NCBI GenBank assembly: GCA_964550325.1
Contig: CAZJYT010000002.1
Coordinates: 1-43,536 of the forward strand
DNA from: an uncultured Candidatus Saccharibacteria bacterium
GTDB taxonomy: Bacteria > Patescibacteriota > Minisyncoccia > Minisyncoccales > CAZJYT01
DNA length: 43,536 bases
Reading direction: 5' to 3'
Notes under the pieces: model-generated
Seen by the model: the letters and a program-made list of their open reading frames with translations, nothing else
Told to the model about the DNA's origin: nothing
The model's database searches: none
Program-made: the position numbers and the translations under genes
In this document: positions 41,377-43,536 of the stretch, in pieces
Position numbering within the stretch: position 1 is the first letter of the stretch
Layout of the letters: every line of letters starts with the position of its first letter

Positions 41377-42554
41377 AAAGAAGAAATGAAGACCTAAGGA
41401 TTTTACATCTCTCTTCTTTCCCGCCAAGGCTTTGCGGGATTGCGAACTTTTGCAAACAAATTGTCTCTGCTATTTCTAAAATTGATACCTCCGCGCATCA
41501 AAAAGTAATAGCATTGGAGGAAAATGAAAATGTGAAAAGGGAATACCCTCCTCTTGTCTCTCTCCGAATTATCCAAGAAGATTTGTCTTCTTATGAGAAA
41601 GCAGGGAAATGGATTGGAAAAAGCGGGGCTAATGTTTTATTTCTACAGCACGAATTTAATCTCTTTGGAGGGTTTGATGGAATATTTATTTTAGAATTAT
41701 TAAAGAGAGTAAAAATTCCCATTATTTCTTTTCTCCATACGGTGCCGGTATTGAAGAATTCCATGAGGAGGAATTACCGGTTAAGAATTTTAAAAGAAAT
41801 CGCCAAAAAAAGTAAATTTTTGTGTTTGCCCTCTAGAAAGGCAATAGAGTTCTTAAACCAGGAATGTAAGATTAAAAAAGAGAAAATGATTTTTTTACCC
41901 CACGGGGGTTTTGAGCTTCCTTTTGCAAATGAAAAAGAAAGAGAGGAGTTAAAGAAGAAATATAATTTTTCGGGGAAATTCTTAGTCCTGAGTTATGGAT
42001 TAATTATTAAGAGTAAAGGTTTTGAATATGCAATTGAGGCTATCGCTAAAATAAAAGGAAAATTTCCTCATTTAAGATATCTTATTTTAGGAGTTCCCCA
42101 CCCTCTTCTTCAAGAAAGCCCCGAGAATAACTATTATTTAGGTCTAAAAGAGAAGGTAAAAAAACTTAAATTAGAAGAGAGAGTAATTTTCCTTCAAAAA
42201 TTCATTACTCAAAAAGAACTCATTGACTATCTAAGGATGGCAGATGTGGTTTTGCTTCCTTATACTACCAAATACCAGATTTCAAGCGGAGTCTTAACTC
42301 ATGCTATGACAGTAGGAGCTTGCATAGTTTCTACCCCATTCATTTACGCCAAAGAAATTTTGGGTAATGGGAGAGGGATCTTTATAGAGTTTGAGAATCC
42401 AGACTCTATTGCTAAAAAGCTTATCTTTTTGATTAAGAACCATCAAGAGATAGAAAAACTTAGAAAAAAAACCTGGGAATTTGGGAGAAATTTTGGTTGG
42501 AAAAAAATAAGTGAAAAAATTCTTTTGATTTTCAGTCAGGCAAAAAAACATTAG
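41373..42554 (+). CDS. GT4-family glycosyltransferase (paralog B)
   Basis: ILHLSSFPPRLCGIANF and LQHEFNLFGG blocks make it a clear tandem paralog of 40243..41376. It has an ATGA overlap with that gene. Confidence 0.75.
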   Translation: MKRRNEDLRILHLSSFPPRLCGIANFCKQIVSAISKIDTSAHQKVIALEENENVKREYPPLVSLRIIQEDLSSYEKAGKWIGKSGANVLFLQHEFNLFGGFDGIFILELLKRVKIPIISFLHTVPVLKNSMRRNYRLRILKEIAKKSKFLCLPSRKAIEFLNQECKIKKEKMIFLPHGGFELPFANEKEREELKKKYNFSGKFLVLSYGLIIKSKGFEYAIEAIAKIKGKFPHLRYLILGVPHPLLQESPENNYYLGLKEKVKKLKLEERVIFLQKFITQKELIDYLRMADVVLLPYTTKYQISSGVLTHAMTVGACIVSTPFIYAKEILGNGRGIFIEFENPDSIAKKLIFLIKNHQEIEKLRKKTWEFGRNFGWKKISEKILLIFSQAKKH

Positions 42555-42562
42555 GAAAAAAC

Positions 42563-42592
42563 TTGACAAAAATTTTCTTAATGAGATATAAT
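42563..42592 (+). promoter_or_regulatory. Candidate rRNA promoter (TTGACA-18-TATAAT)
   Basis: Consensus hexamers lie at 42563-42568 and 42587-42592, about 115 nt upstream of the 16S 5' end. Confidence 0.55.
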
Positions 42593-42618
42593 TACTTACG
42601 GCAAATTAAGACAAAATA

Positions 42619-42631
42619 TGCTCTTTGAAAA
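42619..42631 (+). promoter_or_regulatory. boxA-like rRNA antitermination element
   Basis: TGCTCTTTGAAAA matches the boxA core TGCTCTTTAACAA in its first 8 positions. It lies in the leader between the promoter and the 16S. Confidence 0.5.
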
Positions 42632-42706
42632 AAGATGAAATGGACAGGAATCAAATCCATAAATGACTCTTTGAGGCTGAATTTGGAAGGAGAATGATTG
42701 AAATCT

Positions 42707-43536
<830 letters not shown>

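Overview
This is an AT-rich, very gene-dense bacterial window. Most intergenic gaps are under 100 nt, ATGA and 4-nt overlaps are common, and TGA is used as a stop. The window ends in the first ~830 nt of a divergent 16S rRNA. The 16S signature changes, the compact genes and a secretin-less type IV pilus (T4P) cluster suggest a Patescibacteria/CPR-type organism (inference only).

Content from left to right:
- LeuCD-type dehydratase and a phosphomannomutase.
- A complete FMN-riboswitch-controlled riboflavin operon (ribE-ribH-ribBA-ribD).
- trpS, RNase J, tRNA-Leu and an oxidoreductase.
- rodA translationally coupled to four pilin-like genes, then pilD, pilA and pilC-pilT-pilB-(small ORF)-pilO-pilN-pilM, preceded by two tRNA-Ser.
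- tRNA-Arg, a fused PyrD-PyrK, a second PilB, a histidine kinase/receiver pair, uvrA and rtcB.
- A plus-strand block: a four-gene envelope module (VirB2/TrbC-like pilin with a Cys-rich tail, plus a 713-aa tail-fibre-repeat protein), three adjacent toxin-antitoxin modules, ferredoxin and a methyltransferase, tRNA-Ile, and three GT4 glycosyltransferases.
- An rRNA promoter, boxA and the 16S.

The most unusual signal is a four-copy structured repeat. Its ~160-nt core is about 53% G+C and has 23-nt perfect terminal inverted repeats plus longer degenerate inverted arms. Each copy fills a whole intergenic gap (upstream of trpS, rnj, the minor-pilin operon and pilB2). I could not assign it to any RNA or IS family I know. 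No CRISPR array, cas gene, transposase, integrase or reverse transcriptase is visible in the window.
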